This document shows positions 62,548 through 64,000 of a DNA stretch of 64,000 nucleotides, in pieces. The first letter of the stretch is position 1; each line of letters begins with the position of its first letter. This stretch comes from Pseudovirgaria hyperparasitica. Lineage: Eukaryota. The notes under the pieces were generated by a model that had not been told where the DNA came from, did no database searches, and was given only the letters and a program-made list of their open reading frames with translations. The position numbers were made by a program, and so were the translations under genes. The stretch is from the NCBI GenBank assembly GCA_010093815.1, contig ML996567.1. The stretch is one strand, 5' to 3'.

Positions 62548-63673
62548 ATGTCTCCAACTGTACCCACCGTCGACTTCGGCAAATTTATCCATGGCAGCCC
62601 ATCGGAGAAGAAAGAAGTTGCGGTGCAGATTGACGACGCATTCCGCAACATCGGCTTCGTCAAACTTACAAACCACAGTGTACCCAAGGACATGGTACAG
62701 AAATGCTTCGACTGGGTGTGTTTCCTTCTCCTCTCGTTCATAATATCCCTATATCAAACCACCGCACTACGCACTAATCATTGTCACCCTCGAACCTTAA
62801 TAAACCCTACACCACTTCTCACACCCTCTACTATCCCATCTCCATCTCCCTTTACTCACACCCACCTCGCCACAGTCCAAGACATTCTTCTCCCTACCCC
62901 TCGAATCCAAAATGCTCTGCCCACACCCCCCAGGCGGCGCCCACCACCGCGGCTACTCCGCCCTCAGCACTGAACACTTAACCAGCATCCCGGACACCAA
63001 AGAATCCTACGAATCCGGAAACCCACTCGACGCCGCACAGCCCAACATCTGGCCTCCCGCCGACTTAATCCCAGGCTTCCAGCCCTTCATGGAGTCCTTC
63101 TTCACGTCCTGCGCGGCGTTCGTGCACATCTTGCTCACCGCGCTGTCGCTCGCCCTCGACATGGACTCCGACTTGAGCGCCACGCATAGTGAGAGTCTGT
63201 TCCAGCTGCGTCTGCTGCACTATCCCGCTGTGGCTAGGCGTGTGCTGCAGCGTAATGAGGCTACGCGGATTGGTGCGCATAGCGACTTTGGTACGCTGAC
63301 GCTGCTGTTTCAGGATGAGGTTGGTGGGCTGGAGGTTGAGTCTCCGCCTGGGTCGGGTACGTTTATTGGGGTTCCGGGAGCGCAGGGCGAGAGGGGCGAG
63401 AGTGTGTTGGTGAATGTGGGGGATCTGCTTGCGCGGTGGAGCAATGATCGGTGGAAGAGTACGGTGCACAGGGTCGGGGTGCCGCCCGTTGTGGAGGGGA
63501 GTGCGGAAGAAGACATGTGTGCGCCGCGATATTCGATACCATTTTTTGCTACGGCGAATGATGATACCGTGATCGAGGCGCTCCCGGGGTGTTGGAGTGA
63601 GAGCAACCCAAAGAAATACGAGAGTGTGACGGCAAGGGGATATGTGCAAATGAGTATGGCGGAGTTGTATTGA
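62548..63673 (+). CDS. 2-oxoglutarate/Fe(II)-dependent dioxygenase (IPNS-like family)
   Basis: VPTVDF...GFVKLTNH, HRGYS, LRLLHYP, HSDFGTLTLL (HxD), VNVGDLL.RWSND..KST.HRV, RYSIPFF. Intron 62716-62875. Confidence 0.92.
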
Positions 63674-63917
63674 GATTATTTGTTGACAAGCGGAACGGAA
63701 AATATCGAAGGCTTGGACTCGACTTATCAAATCTCTCCTACATGAGATACGATGCCCATTCCCACTGGACTACTTCATGTCGAACAAGACCATGGATAGA
63801 AAACAAACATAACCATTCATCTTGTACAGACCGTGCCCTTATGTCAAAACGCCTTTCTACGCCTAGCCAGATGTGCACCCAAATGCGCCGTCGTAAGAAA
63901 TAATTCAGAAAGAGTTT

Positions 63918-64000
63918 TTATATCGAATCTCTGGACTTCTTCTTTTTCTTCTTCTCGATCTCCTCGCCACCCTCAGACTTTCTCTTCTTCTTCTTATCTT
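63918..64000 (-). CDS. 3' end (partial) of a gene with a lysine-rich tail, nucleolar Nop56/Nop58/Cbf5-like
   Basis: The minus strand reads DKKKKRKSEGGEEIEKKKKKKSRDSI* with the stop at 63920-63918. Identity cannot be fixed from the tail alone. Confidence 0.5.
   Translation of the reverse strand, partial: DKKKKRKSEGGEEIEKKKKKKSRDSI

Overview
Eukaryotic DNA from a filamentous ascomycete (Pezizomycotina, possibly Dothideomycetes; inferred from the ~50-nt introns with CTRAY branch points and the protein families). I read about 25 protein-coding loci, almost all spliced, so the ORF track fragments most of them. Housekeeping genes: pcp1/pcpA, SGT1/ecdysoneless-like, MED11, TAF5, GPI1, amo1/NUP42-like, APC2, SKI3, SRO7, a JID1-like J protein, RSC1/2, OTU1. 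Other genes: a signal-peptide-bearing FMN hydroxy-acid oxidase, a secreted EEP nuclease broken by a 5-bp duplication, a 3-hydroxyacyl-CoA dehydrogenase/beta-propeller fusion, a PTH11-like membrane protein, a 2OG-Fe(II) oxygenase and several orphans. Two things stand out. (1) A three-exon, 92-aa membrane micro-protein gene stops only 17 nt before the GPI1 start codon on the same strand, suggesting a bicistronic (operon-like) mRNA. (2) A ~9-kb accessory island (27-36 kb) holds two diverged paralogs of an unrecognised two-domain protein family flanking an oppositely oriented orphan gene. I recognised no tRNA, rRNA, CRISPR array or intact transposon. All exon structures were derived by hand and are unverified.
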